From Nemertoderma westbladi (taxonomy: Eukaryota; Animalia; Xenacoelomorpha), in NCBI GenBank assembly GCA_032718475.1, contig JAUCBJ010008848.1:36395-100394 (forward strand): a stretch of DNA of 64,000 nucleotides, read 5' to 3'. The notes beneath the pieces are model-generated. The model had not been told where the DNA came from and searched no databases. It worked only from the letters and a program-made list of their open reading frames with translations. The translations under genes were made by a program, and so were the position numbers. Shown here piece after piece: positions 36,987-48,832 of the stretch. The first letter of the stretch is position 1. Each line of letters opens with the position of its first letter.

Positions 36987-39708
36987 CTAAGATTGGATGA
37001 CGATTTGTAGTCTCCTGTCTCCTGTCTCGTTTCTAGTCTCCTCAAGGAGTACGAGTCGTTGTACAGGCCTATCTACGGTACGTCCGTCGATAGTCCGTAC
37101 AGTAACTGTCCTTACTACACCAGATGTAGGGTGCATGGTCAAAATGACTCCAGTCAGCCAAAACCGTCTTTTCAGATTGGCTTCAGCCAATAAAACATGG
37201 TCACCGCATCTTAAACATCGGGTATTAAGATACCAAGAGGTTCTGGTTGAAATAGAGGGCAAATAATGCTTCTGCCATATTTCCCAGAATTTATTGGCTA
37301 TCAGCTGAGTGATTTTCCAAGCTTTGTTGCCGTATCCGTCGCTATCGACAGGTACCGAAGTGGGCAACAGTGTCGTTGGTGCCTGCATAAGCAGGTGCGC
37401 TGGTGTCAAGGCAAACTGTGCGTCGTTATTGTCTGGGATCAAAGCGATCGGTCGAGTGTTCAAAATCGCTTTGATTTCTATTAACAACGTCGTCAGTTGC
37501 TCGTCTGTCAATATGTGTTGCGTCGGTATTACTTTTGCCATAGCCAATTGATTGAGCCAATCAGCCTTTCCCAAACGCCGCCTCTCCACGGACTGCCAGG
37601 AGTGTTAAAGTTCCAAACAATACGGTGAGGACGTAGTTCCTCGGAAATCTGGTCTTGGTCCAACTTCCTTAAAGCTCTGGTTATTTCATTCCGTGCACCC
37701 ACAAAGTTAGTCCCTTGGTCGCAATAAATGGATTTGACCAATCCACGTCTAGCGATAAATTGCCCTAAGGCTAGGATAAAGGCGTTGGTGGTCAAGTCTG
37801 TCACACGCTCTATATGGACAGCTCTGCTGGCCATGCAAGTGAAGATGAATCCCCAACGTTTTACCTGTACCCTTCTGCGTTTCGCGATTATAGGTCCAAA
37901 GCAGTCTATCCCTGTCTCAGTGAAAGGGGGTCTAAACGCCTGTAATCTTGCTAGTGGTAGTTCACTCATTTCTTGATGTCCTGTCCTCGCGTGCACCTTC
38001 TTACAAATTATACAGTTCTGTGTTACCGAACTCAGTGCCTTGCTAGGCCTAATCAGTACAAACCTCGATCGTAAGTGTACTACTAGGATCGGCATGCTGC
38101 ATTGCAGCTGCATTTTTAAGAATACTGTGCCGGAGAATACTGTTCGGTTTAAAGCCTTGTACACGGCCAGTTCGGTTTAAAGCCTTGTACACGGCCAGTT
38201 CGGTTTAAAGTCATGTACACGGCCAGTTCGGTTTAAAGCCTTGTACACGGCCAGTTCGGTTTATATGTAGCCTTGTACACGGCCAGTTCTGTTAGTTGAC
38301 ACAATAATTATCCCGGACATTCTTTCTTGCATCTTGCCCCTCTTCCTTGTAAGGCGGGAATTGTTGGACACACTATCCAACACCTGTTTGAGCACGTTAA
38401 GCCCCGTTCACATCTAACGGTGCGTGAGCGGTAAAGTAGTCTAGCGGTATTGAAGCGGTAAGCCAGCGGTACACTACCCGGAGCCTGTTCACACCCAACG
38501 GTACCGTTGCGGTAACTGATTGTCTATCTGTGGACTGTGAATTCAACAGAAAATTAGGGGGTGTGTACATTAATTGTTTTAACATTGTATAAATGGGCTA
38601 CGGTAAACCGCGCGGTTTAGCGCTACTACTAGGATCGGCATGCTGCATTGCAGCTGCATTTTTAAGAATGCTGTGCCGGCTTGTCAACAAAATTGCACCG
38701 CCACAACTCCCTATCACCCATGACATTTGTTAGATCATCCGATTCTTCAAGGCAGTGTCCTTTAAGATGCGTCTCAAGAAAGTCATGGGCTGTCCACCAT
38801 GCTTATTCACTCCATGAGGCTGCCAAAGTACAAGATTATGCACTGGCTGGTCCTCACGGCGAAAGCAATGTCCTGCAAAGTGTGATAGGCAGTGATATCG
38901 TAAGTGTGATAGGCAGTGATGTCTACCCACGTGTTTGTGTCATACATGTGCGTCCTGTATCATAGCGCGCTGTAACTCATGGTGTTGCGGTATGATGATA
39001 GGATACCTAAAGTCAAGTGCAAAGTCAATGTTCTGGAGTCTGGACTTGTGACAAAGTAAGCCCCTGTAAATAATCGGACTCCAACTCAAAATTGGTGAAG
39101 ACTTGATCTGTTTACCCTGATTGATCGCTGTGAACTCTCGTGCGAAATATCGCAATTGATAATGGCGAATAATATCAACTTCACAAAGACCAACTTCCTC
39201 TAAGGTAAGTCTTCTAGGAAAGTCGCGTTTGCCTCTGGCATATTGTCTCAAACGTTTGAGCCATGCTAACTTGCGGCACGCGTCTGTCCATGATCTAGTT
39301 AGGTTTACTATCCTGTCAACGTAAGTGTTAGTGACGTCATCCGGTGAGGTGTAGTCGTAATGTGGATACTTGTTCGGACTTGGTAGGCCCACGGGCCTTC
39401 TGGTAGGTGTCTACCTTTGTACAATAGGTTTGTCTGAGTCCTCAAGTATGTCAATCTCCACGGTCTTACCTCTACCGTCCGCACCTAGTGAATTGACTGG
39501 CAGTAACGGTTTCAACTCTACAGTCCTAGTGTGTTCCTGTGAGCTTGTAAGCTTCCTAACCTTAGTTACACGTTTACCTGTAGGTGGTAAGTCAAGTATT
39601 TTCCTTGAGCGGAGTGTGATCGCTGTGGCCACACCTTCGTCGACCAAAGAAGTCAAATTCGGTAAGTTGTTAACCGCTTTCGTCCTTCTGGGCTCCTCCC
39701 CGAGGTAC
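36987..39708 (-). pseudogene. pol: A integrase region, interrupted by the RTE composite insertion
   Basis: GIDCFGP, CDQGTNFVGA, PWRGGVWERL, ILNTRP, RPVQRLVLLE. Confidence 0.92.
38079..38896 (-). mobile_element. Composite RTE insertion: RTE 3' fragment + ~490 bp foreign DNA + second RTE 3' end
   Basis: RTE tail tactaggatcggcatgctgcattgcagctgc at 38081 and 38628; single TSD ATCGTAAGTGT (38068-38078, 38897-38907); 28-bp tandem repeats at 38143-38290. Confidence 0.82.
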
Positions 39709-40842
39709 ACCATGAGGCGGACGTGTTTCCACCACCCCGGGGGCCAGTCCGACTGACATTTCTATCAGTCGGATCGTCATAACCGGGCCGCAGGGTGGCC
39801 CGATGCTTCCCGGGTTCTGTTTTCGGTCCCCCGATCACACCGGCACAGCTCGTCAAACATGTAGCCAGATGGTCGGCTACTGTCAACTTACTGTGGCCTG
39901 ACTGTACATTGAGCCAACTCAAAAGTACAACAAAGAGTCAACCGGCAGGTGGACCAGTTGATAGCGATCGAGCACCAAGGTCACCCTTGGACCTAACCGA
40001 CGGTCTTGTCCCACATGGGCTTGTGCTACCCAACATTGGAATTTTGACTCGTTTTCACCTGCCTCGCCGGCAGTATTGAGGGGAAGTAAGTTCCACAAAC
40101 AATACTGACTAGCTCGAAAGCTAGGAACAAGTAACCACTTACCAGTCACTGTACACGTGTACTCAACAGATGTTCACAAATCAAGTACACAACGGTAAGC
40201 ACAAATTCGAACACATACCATGCACACACAGAAGACAAAATCGGTAAAGACAAAATCGGGGTCAAAATCGAGAAAGACAAAATCGGAAAGGACAAAATTG
40301 TATCGACTCATAAAAGAGTCGAGAGTACCTTATTTTGCCGTCAGGGCAAAATAACTTTGTGTGCACAAAGTATGCTGGGGCGCAGTAGATATATGGTCCT
40401 ACTAATACCAGCGGCGTCTGGACCAACTGGCAAGGGTTCCCATACTCACTCGCAGTGGCCACACATACAAAACAAATCCCAAAGACCAATCAGCTGAACA
40501 TGGAGACAATAACATATAGTATCAAAAAAACGGAACAGCTGATGGCCAAAGGAACCCATCCAAGCCCCAAGCAAACTGCCACTGATCACCCACATACAAA
40601 ACATAGTTCATGCCACATGAACCACAAATCACGCCATGCCACCACCCCTACTGTGTACAGGACTGGCAGTACGTCATCAGGCCGACTAGACGGTACCACG
40701 GCACCATGTCGATTCATGGTTCGCTAGACACGAGGGCCTTAAGTATCTCTCTTGCACTTACACCCAAATTTAACGTGCCCCCAGACCCTCACGAGTCTGC
40801 CGCCGCCTGTTTTAGGCACCCATATAGAGACCTCACCTCTTT
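39709..40842. mobile_element. Unclassified 1.13 kb non-coding insertion in A pol
   Basis: Flanked by AGGTAC direct repeats (39703-39708, 40843-40848); no TG..CA ends, TIRs or tail; GACAAAATCG repeats at 40234-40300. Confidence 0.65.
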
Positions 40843-40848
40843 AGGTAC

Positions 40849-43141
40849 CTAATGGGTGTGTACTAGTCCGCTCCAATGAATTCATTGCGTCCTTAAAATA
40901 CATGTAGTTTGTTTCCAATGGAAAGTCTAGTAGACAGTCTGGTGAGGCGTCCGGTGAACAGTCTGGTGAGACGTCTGGTGAGACATAGCGAGGAACTTCC
41001 GGCGCAATGTCCTGTCGTTGGTCCCAAAGAAAGTCAGCCATAGCTTCTGTAAGAAAGTTTGGTCTAAAGTCTGGTGGACAGTCTGTCGAGATGTCTGGTG
41101 GAAAGTCTGGTGAAACGTCCGGTAGACAATCTGTCGAGAGTTCCATGAAAAAATCTGGTGAACAATCCGGAGAACAATCTGGTGTCGCTTCTGGTGAATA
41201 TTCTGGCGAGTAATCTGGTGAACAATCCGGCGAAACGTCTGGTGAAATCTCCCGCGGAACATCCGGTGAAAGATTCATACGAGCGTCTGGTCGAGATTCT
41301 GGTGAGACGTCTGGCGTAATGTCAGGTCTAGCGTCCAGGTCATCAGATTTCGTCCGTCCTTGTTTCCTCTTGACCTTGGCGTTGGCTTTCGCTTTAGATT
41401 TGACAACTGTGTCGATTTTTATCTTGGCACCCTCTGGTATGGTATTGGTTGTTGCGTCGAATAACAGTGGCCATTCGTCTGATGGTCGTTGTAGGAAATC
41501 GGGTCCTCTAAACCAAAAGGATTTATTGTCCGGTTTACAAAAGTCGATTGGTAGCATCCCCCATGACGCGATGTCAGCTGGGTTCAGCTTCCCTGGACAG
41601 TGACGCCAATCTTGTTTGAGCGACCGGTCCAATATTTCAGCCCGTCTGTTGGCTATGAAAGTCTTGAACTTAAATGATTCGTTGTTTATGTGCCAAATAA
41701 CCAACGTCGCATCCGTCCAATATGTGACCTTCAAGTTAGCCTCCAGCTCGCGTTGAACTAAACTGTCAATATCGGTGGATATCGTCCCGGCTTGCAGCTC
41801 TCCACGAGGTACAGTCATATACTTCAGCGGCATTGTTCTAGCCCTTGAAGTAACGAGAGACACTTCGTAGCTGTCCGATGTCACTTGTCGTCTAAGGTAC
41901 AAATTAACCCCCAGTCCATCCTTACTAGCGTCACTGAAGCTGTGAAGCTCTAAATCGGCAGGAAAGCTGGTCTGCAAAGGAAAGTATACCCTTGGTATGG
42001 TATAGTCTTGTAGGAACGTCAGTTGGGCTTCCCAGTCCCTCCATTGCTCAGCTAACTTTTTTGGGATGGGATTGTCCCATTCCAGTCCGGCTTGCCAAAT
42101 GCTGCGGAGTATGATCCTAGCATGTAGGATCACTGGACTAATGAAACACAATGGGTCATACAATCGACTCATGGTCGATAAGCAAGTCCTCTTGGTGAGA
42201 GGTCTAGTCTGGTCGTTGGACCTTACACGTACCCTAAAATTGTCGGTGTTAGGGTCCCAACTAAGGCCTAATACTTTGGTCGTAGGTAGAGGTTCTAGGT
42301 CTAAGTACAAGTCACCTCCACTGCAATCCGTCAGGTCAAATGAGTTCACTAGTTCGGGTTCGTTGGAAGCGAACTTCGTAAGGCGGAATCCGCCCTCATC
42401 GAGACAATCCTGGAGTTGGTGTGCTACGGTCGTAGCGCGCTCCAGAGTGTCACAACTCTTGAGGACGTCATCCACGTAGAAATCTCGTTCCACTGTCCGA
42501 ACTACTTCTGGGTCAAATTGGTCTTGTCTGTCTAATGCTGTCTGCTTTAAGGCGTACATGGTGCAGTTGGGGCTGTCCCTGGCTCCGAAAACGTTTACCT
42601 GCATTTGGTAAGTTTCTGGCGGAAGTTCTAAATTTCCGTCCGGATACCAAAGAAACCTTAAACTGTCCCTGTCCCGCTCCAAAGCCTTAACCTGGTGAAA
42701 CATGGCCTCTACGTCACAGGTGAAAGCCACTTTGCGTTGTCTAAAACGCATTAGGACTCCCATGAGGTAATTATTCATATTCGGCCCGTCCATCAATTCG
42801 CTGTTCATAGACATCCCTTGGTAAAGCGCAGCGTAGTCGTTGACTACACGCACCTTGCCAGGTTTGTCTGGGTGTCGAACAAAATGATGTGGCAGGTAAT
42901 ATGTCTGATCTGTGGTTACCTCAGGATTTAACATCCTAATGGCGTATCCCTTTTGGAGATACGTCTGAAGTTGCGCATTGTATTGCATATGGGCTGTCTC
43001 ATCACGCAACAATCGCTGCCTTATTGATTCGAGTCGCTTCAAAGCAAGCGGGTAGTTGTTAATGAGCTTAGGTTGTCCATTGCGCCACAACATGCCAACC
43101 TCGTAGTGGCCATTCGCAGTCTGGCAAATGGTATCTTTCAT
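40849..43141 (-). pseudogene. pol: A RT-RNase H followed by an SPDx-repeat linker
   Basis: YYLPHH, KVRVVND, DVEAMFHQV, FYVDD, LHSFSDAS, NPADIAS. Confidence 0.93.
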
Positions 43142-43146
43142 AATAT

Positions 43147-44562
43147 TTAATGACCGTTTTTCCTGGACATAGCGGTCTCATAACTACCGGGTTCTGCTGA
43201 GTCCTGTTCCAACCATTGAATGGTTCGTTCAGTCAGCAGTCGGTCAAGTGCTGCTTGCACTGCGCCATGGTCCTCATCCACGTCTTCGTCCGCTGCGGTG
43301 GCTGGTGTCAATGTGTCTGGTAGGCTCGCAAGCCTTCCGGTGTCACTAGTCGGCGTCGAATCGTCGTGTGGCGGTTTGACAACCTTCTGATCTGTCGGTA
43401 GGCTCACAAGCCTTCCTAGATCAATGACCGGTATCGAAGCCTGGTGGGTGGGGTTAATGACCTTCGGATTTTTCGGTAGGCTCGCAAGCCTTCCAAAACC
43501 CTCGTTCATCAAGTCATCCATAGCAACAACCCTTTGGTTTTCAGTAGTCAATACAACCTGGTTAACTGCAAGTAGTTGTAAGTCAGAGGTCCGTGTGGTT
43601 GTGTCCAGATTGGTTACGTCAGTATTGGTTACGTCTGCATTAGCGACGCAAGTCTGTCGTAGTGCAGTCTGTACAATTGGACCACAGGAGTGTGAAGGAG
43701 AATTATCTATCGTAGTAGTCAGTAAACTACACGTACTCAAAACGTCGTCCTCCTGGTCACTTACCTCTAGTGAACGCACTGGTGCTCTAGTATACCAACC
43801 TATGGGAATTCTACATGCACAGGGGTTGCCCGCTGGAATATCAGATGGCCGTGTCTCCCATACCTGATGTAAGTTAAACTGGTCTGTCCCAATTAACATC
43901 GTGATTGAACGATAATTAACACGACATTCCGGTATTCCAAGGTGTCGGAAATACTTACAATCTTCCGGTGATTGCTCTGGCACAGGGCCGAGCAAGTTAC
44001 TAAAATCCTTCGCAGCTGCAAAGGTCAAATTTCTTACCGGAAGTAATGAGTGCTCCTCCTTGCTGTGTTCCGCTTTGGAAAGAAGAGTGTCTAAGGTTAG
44101 TTTTACTCTCGTCACAGGAATCGCTCTCTTACCATGCATGCTGCTTACAGTATACTGAGCAGTCTTACCTTGACTCAAGTCCGTAACCACGTCGGCTACT
44201 TGTTCGTCGACGTAACTATGCGATGACGCAGAGTCTAAGATAGCGTATATACGCTTGCTCCCTCGGGTTCCGGTAATCTTTATAGGAATCACGCTAAACC
44301 CTTTTAATTGGTTCTGTGTGAGGAGTGTTACCGATGGTTGTTCCTCTCCCGCATGCACGTAAAAAGTGTCGTCTTCCTCCTCATCCTTGTCCGATGATCC
44401 CGATTGATCCATACAATCCGCGTAGAAAGTACGAATCTCGTGCGGCGCATGCTCCTTGTAAAGCGCGTCGCATCTAGCTGCTTTATCTGGATGCTCTCGT
44501 CGAAAGCGTTTGGTCGGGAGTATGACTGTTCGTGTGAAGTAACGCGTCGTGGTTACGTCCAC
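43147..44562 (-). pseudogene. pol: A aspartic protease region
   Basis: VIPIKITG..YAILDSASSHSYV, MLIGTD, IPIGW. Confidence 0.88.
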
Positions 44563-44670
44563 ATAGAGGACATGTATCGTCGCTCGGGCAATCCTTCCGG
44601 ATGTGTCCAGGCTTTGTACATCTCCAACAAGAATCTAAAGATCGAATCTGAAGTCATCTTTCTTCGATTC

Positions 44671-47600
44671 CTAACTCCCTAAAAGCGCAACATCCACGTA
44701 GTTTATGTCCGCTATGGTTTCTGCCACAAAGTCCGCCGGCAACTGTTGTCGTGGCTGCTTGGTGCCAATAGGCATCAGAACTTTAGATGTCTCAGTCGGG
44801 GTGGCATAGGTAACGGCCTTCGCTTTCATCGGAAATGGTTTGGTCCGAGTCAGCGCAGCAATAGTTATCCCTTCTGCCGCTATATGGTGATCGGTATAGT
44901 TTGATCGAGTCTCCACTACGGCCTCCCGCAAAATCAGTTGGTAGACGTCGGTGAGTTTCAGCAGCCCGCCGGCCTCTTCACACTGATACTCGATGCATCG
45001 CCATTCTCGTTGTAATCGATGATGAAGTCGACCGATTATTCGAATGAGAACTGTCGGTGCGTTAGCGTATTCGAGTTGTCCAATGGACCGTAAAGTCCCT
45101 ATAGCGTTCTTTATTTCGTCCACGAGTCGTAAAAGATCGATCGGTTTCAAAATACTTCCTCCTCTACAGAGGTCTTCAATAATGGATTTAGCCATGGCGA
45201 TGTTGCCGCCGTAAATCGAATATAGATGGTTGTATGCCAACTCAAAAGCATCTGGAACACCGATGAAGCTTTCCGCTAATCGTTTCGGCTCACCAGACAA
45301 AATTTGGAGCAAGTAGTTAAACTTCTCCGTCGAGGTGAAGGCACACTTAGCGATCTGGGACTCTACGTAGTCTACCAGTGTATGCCAGTGTTTCACGTTG
45401 CCAGAGAACTTCGGCGGTTTTTGTGCTGGTAATCCGTGTCTAGCGGCAAACTTCGCAATCTCGCTACCTAAATCCAACTGTCCGCGTCCCTGTTCGGTTG
45501 CGTCGTCCAGTCGTTCAATTCCGCGCGTTGTTGGTTGGTAGGAAATGTTAACGTGATCCTCTTCTCGATGGTTCGGAGTCTGTCTAGTCTCCTGTTCTCT
45601 CCTTGGTGGTCGATGTTGTCTAGGTTGTTCTAACTCCACGCTGGTCCGTGATCGATCCGACGGTTGCGCTTCGAGTCGCTCTTCTAGTTGCGCTAGTCGG
45701 TCCACCATCTCTGTGAACTGTTTGGCGCTAATCGCTTCCGTTGGTTGCAACGTGGGTTTCTGAAAGGGTGTTTCTCATGGAGGATTGTTGATGAATTGGT
45801 TCATCGATCGTTCCTCTCATTTGTAATCAGCCACTGCTGCTGCTCCAGTACGGAATATTTCCCGTTCCGTCGACTCCGTATCGCTAGATGAGTTGCTGTC
45901 GTCCGGATAAGGTGGTTGGCGGGTTCGCATTCAGCGTATTATTCTTTGTCGCATTCGTTGAGGTCTAGGATCTATGAAGTCATAGGTCTCGTTAAACTCT
46001 GTTTGATCCTGTGAGTACTACCCACATCCGTCCTCCTCCGTTGTTTGGTAGGCTCGCAAGCTTTCCACGAAGTCGTAGGTCTCGTCGAACATTGTGTCAA
46101 AGGTCGAATAAAACAGTCAGGTTTCGTAGTCGGGCTATAAATAACTGGGTTCGCACAGCACGTCACAGGTTTAACTGCTAACGGCTTACTTACCTGTTTA
46201 ATTGTCATAAACGCAGGTTCCTCTCTTCCTACAAGTAGACTACAACTTACTGTAGGTGGACTATTCACTTTACCTGCTAAAATCGGCGATGAAGTTGCCC
46301 TAGGTTGCGGTATTTCCGTCACAACAAACCTGTTACCTTGCATCGAGCGCACAGGTGATATTTCTTTAGGTTTCGTAACAAAGACCGGTTTTATCGGAGT
46401 TGTAGGTTTGAGCATAGGAATCACTTGTGGAAAACGTTTACAGTAATCCTTGACGAACTCCTCTCCTCGGTCTATCGCTCCCACACTTCCTTCCTCGATT
46501 CGCTTCTGAATCCCGCGATATTGAGCTTCCATGCGATCCAGGGCAGACAACTCATGTCCAGCTCGAGATCTTATAGATCTGTCTCTCGCGTCGAGTTCGA
46601 GGTCCGCTTGCGCGTTTGCTGCCTCGCGCGATCTACGATTTAGTTCAAACCGTAGTTGCATCTCCCTTTCGTGTCGATCTGCTACTTGTTGTTGTGCCGC
46701 TAACTCCGCTTCTTGTATAGCTAATCGAGCGTTTATTTGTCTCACTTCCAACTTGGCATGCGCGTCGGATGCTGCTTTCTTCCATGCTAACTCTGCTGCG
46801 TTTACCGTCGCAACTCGTGCTAATTCGTCGGCTGCAGCCACCGTTGCCGCTTCTTGCGCCAAATCTTCCTCCAATCTTATCATTTCTGAGGCTTCGAATT
46901 CAGCTCGCGCTTTGAGTTTCGCAATCCGTGCCTCGTCTTCTCTATGTTGTTTCTCTCCCTCGATGGCGATCTGTGCCATCTGCCGTTGCGCTTCTTCCTC
47001 GATGACTTGTTGTCGGCGTGCAACTTCCTGTTGTTGTTGAGTAATTACAGACTCTGTTCTACTAACGTCGCCAACGTCGCTCCGTACACTAACGAACGAT
47101 CTATCCAGTGGTGGATTTTGGTAGGCTCGCGAGCCTTCCATAGTAATAACTTCCGTCGTGCCTCGCGGTTCGACTTCCGGTTCTTCGATCGGTACGCCGC
47201 ATCTACAAAGAAAATTGGTGAGCGTCTCCAACCTCCCGTCTAGGCAATAGAGTTCTTCTTCCTCTTCGGGTTGCAACAACGCGTCTGAAACTGACTCACC
47301 TAGCAGTTGGTCGAACTGCTCCTGTTGAGCCAATCTTATTACTGACTTAAACTGGATGAGGCTTTCCCTCGCACTTACGAACTTATCTATTATCTTTACC
47401 TGAGTAAAGTTGTCGCCACGCAACTCTGCAAGTTCGTGTAAACCTTTAAGTTTATCTACGGAAGCATGTACCCTACTTTCTATCCTTACCTGTAAGGTGT
47501 AGAACTCGTATCTCGACATCGGGGCGGTTAACTCGCGTAAAACGCGAAAACCTTCTCCGAGGTTTCGAGTAATCTGGGCCATGTGTCCTCCTATACTCCT

Positions 47601-47738
47601 AATAACATTTTCTTGGCTTCCCGCCAAGCTTACCATGTCTGGTTCCCGTGACCTGGTCTGCGGGACTGTAAGGAAATCTTCGATTCTGCCGTCGCCACGC
47701 ATTGCGGCCTCCGGTATTTCCGTTCGGGGTACTGGCAA
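44671..47738 (-). pseudogene. gag: A gag (frameshifted; coiled coil + DUF1759-like capsid)
   Basis: ORFs 45972-47738 and 44671-45750; PPKFSGNVKHW, EKFNYLLQILSGEP. Confidence 0.88.
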
Positions 47739-48822
47739 CGCACGCGGTGTGACATCGTTGGAATCTCGAGTTCTCCTTCTCGGTTAGTCTACTGTCGATC
47801 TGTCCAGGTCGCACGAGTCATAGTCGGTAGGTGGGTGTCGAGTCGTATGCGGTGTGTCACTCATGTCTTATTATATACGTCAAGTATGGGTAATAAAATG
47901 TCAAAGTATCGGAATGTCGAAATGTCAAACTTACCTTGGTATATATATACCATATATATACCCTAACCGGTACAAATAAAATTAACAAAGTCAGAATGTC
48001 GAAATATCAAAATGTCGAAATGTCCAAATGTCAAACTTACCTTGATATATATATATACCATATATATACCCTAACCGGTACAAATAAAATTAACAAAGTA
48101 TATAATAAAATATATAATAATCTAGCCTACCGGCTAAATTTGTACGAATAAGTGAGATAACGGTATACGTTACCAAAATGTAGATCAACAAGTACAAATA
48201 ATAGGCAAAACAGCAACGTCTAACGGGAAAATAAGTACCAACAACACTACTAATTAGACAGTGAAACCCACAAATTTTGAGTACTACTGTGCTCTTAAGT
48301 TTGAATGACACGAGTCGTAAAACTTACGCTAATTCCCACGTGCAAATTCCCAAATACAAACCGGACGTGGGTCGTTCCGTTTTCGGCGTCGCGGACGAAT
48401 TTTGTGTCTCCCAAACTTTGCGAAAAGCAGTCTAATCCCTCGAAGTGGTCCAGAAATGAGTCCTTGAGTCGTGAAAAGTCGAAGGTGAGAGTTTTACTTC
48501 TACTCTACAAAAAATCGTCCTAGGTACCGATACAACTTGGTCTTTAAACCCTATGTACCTTTTCAAGTACCGAAAAGTAACACCGCACACACACTGCGTA
48601 AAACAAATTGCTATAAACTAACTATTAGCTAGTCAAATATTAAATACGAAACTACTAGCTACCCTAAAGCCTACTGAAGCAACATACAAATGTCGCCTTT
48701 CAGAAAGGACAAATACTATTCCTACTAAATAATTAATAAGAATATCTCTCACTGACAGTAAGACACTATACACTAATTTATATAATATATCTCACTGAAA
48801 GATATATCTCTAACTTCTATAA

Positions 48823-48832
48823 TATATCTCAC
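48823..48832 (-). promoter_or_regulatory. Non-tRNA primer-binding site of A (GTGAGATATA); second copy at 48786-48795
   Basis: Abuts the 5' LTR; exactly complementary to the minus-strand LTR sequence at 50134-50143 (6020-6029 in the 3' LTR). Confidence 0.65.

Noticed and set aside
41335-41360. Hammerhead-like GAAA/CTGATGA on the minus strand
   Set aside because: Motifs abut without the required stems; ordinary coding sequence (RTKSDD).
25170-47243. Numerous plus-strand ORFs (e.g. 27691-28335, 31614-32099, 46531-47040)
   Set aside because: Antisense shadows of gag/pol with no independent motifs.
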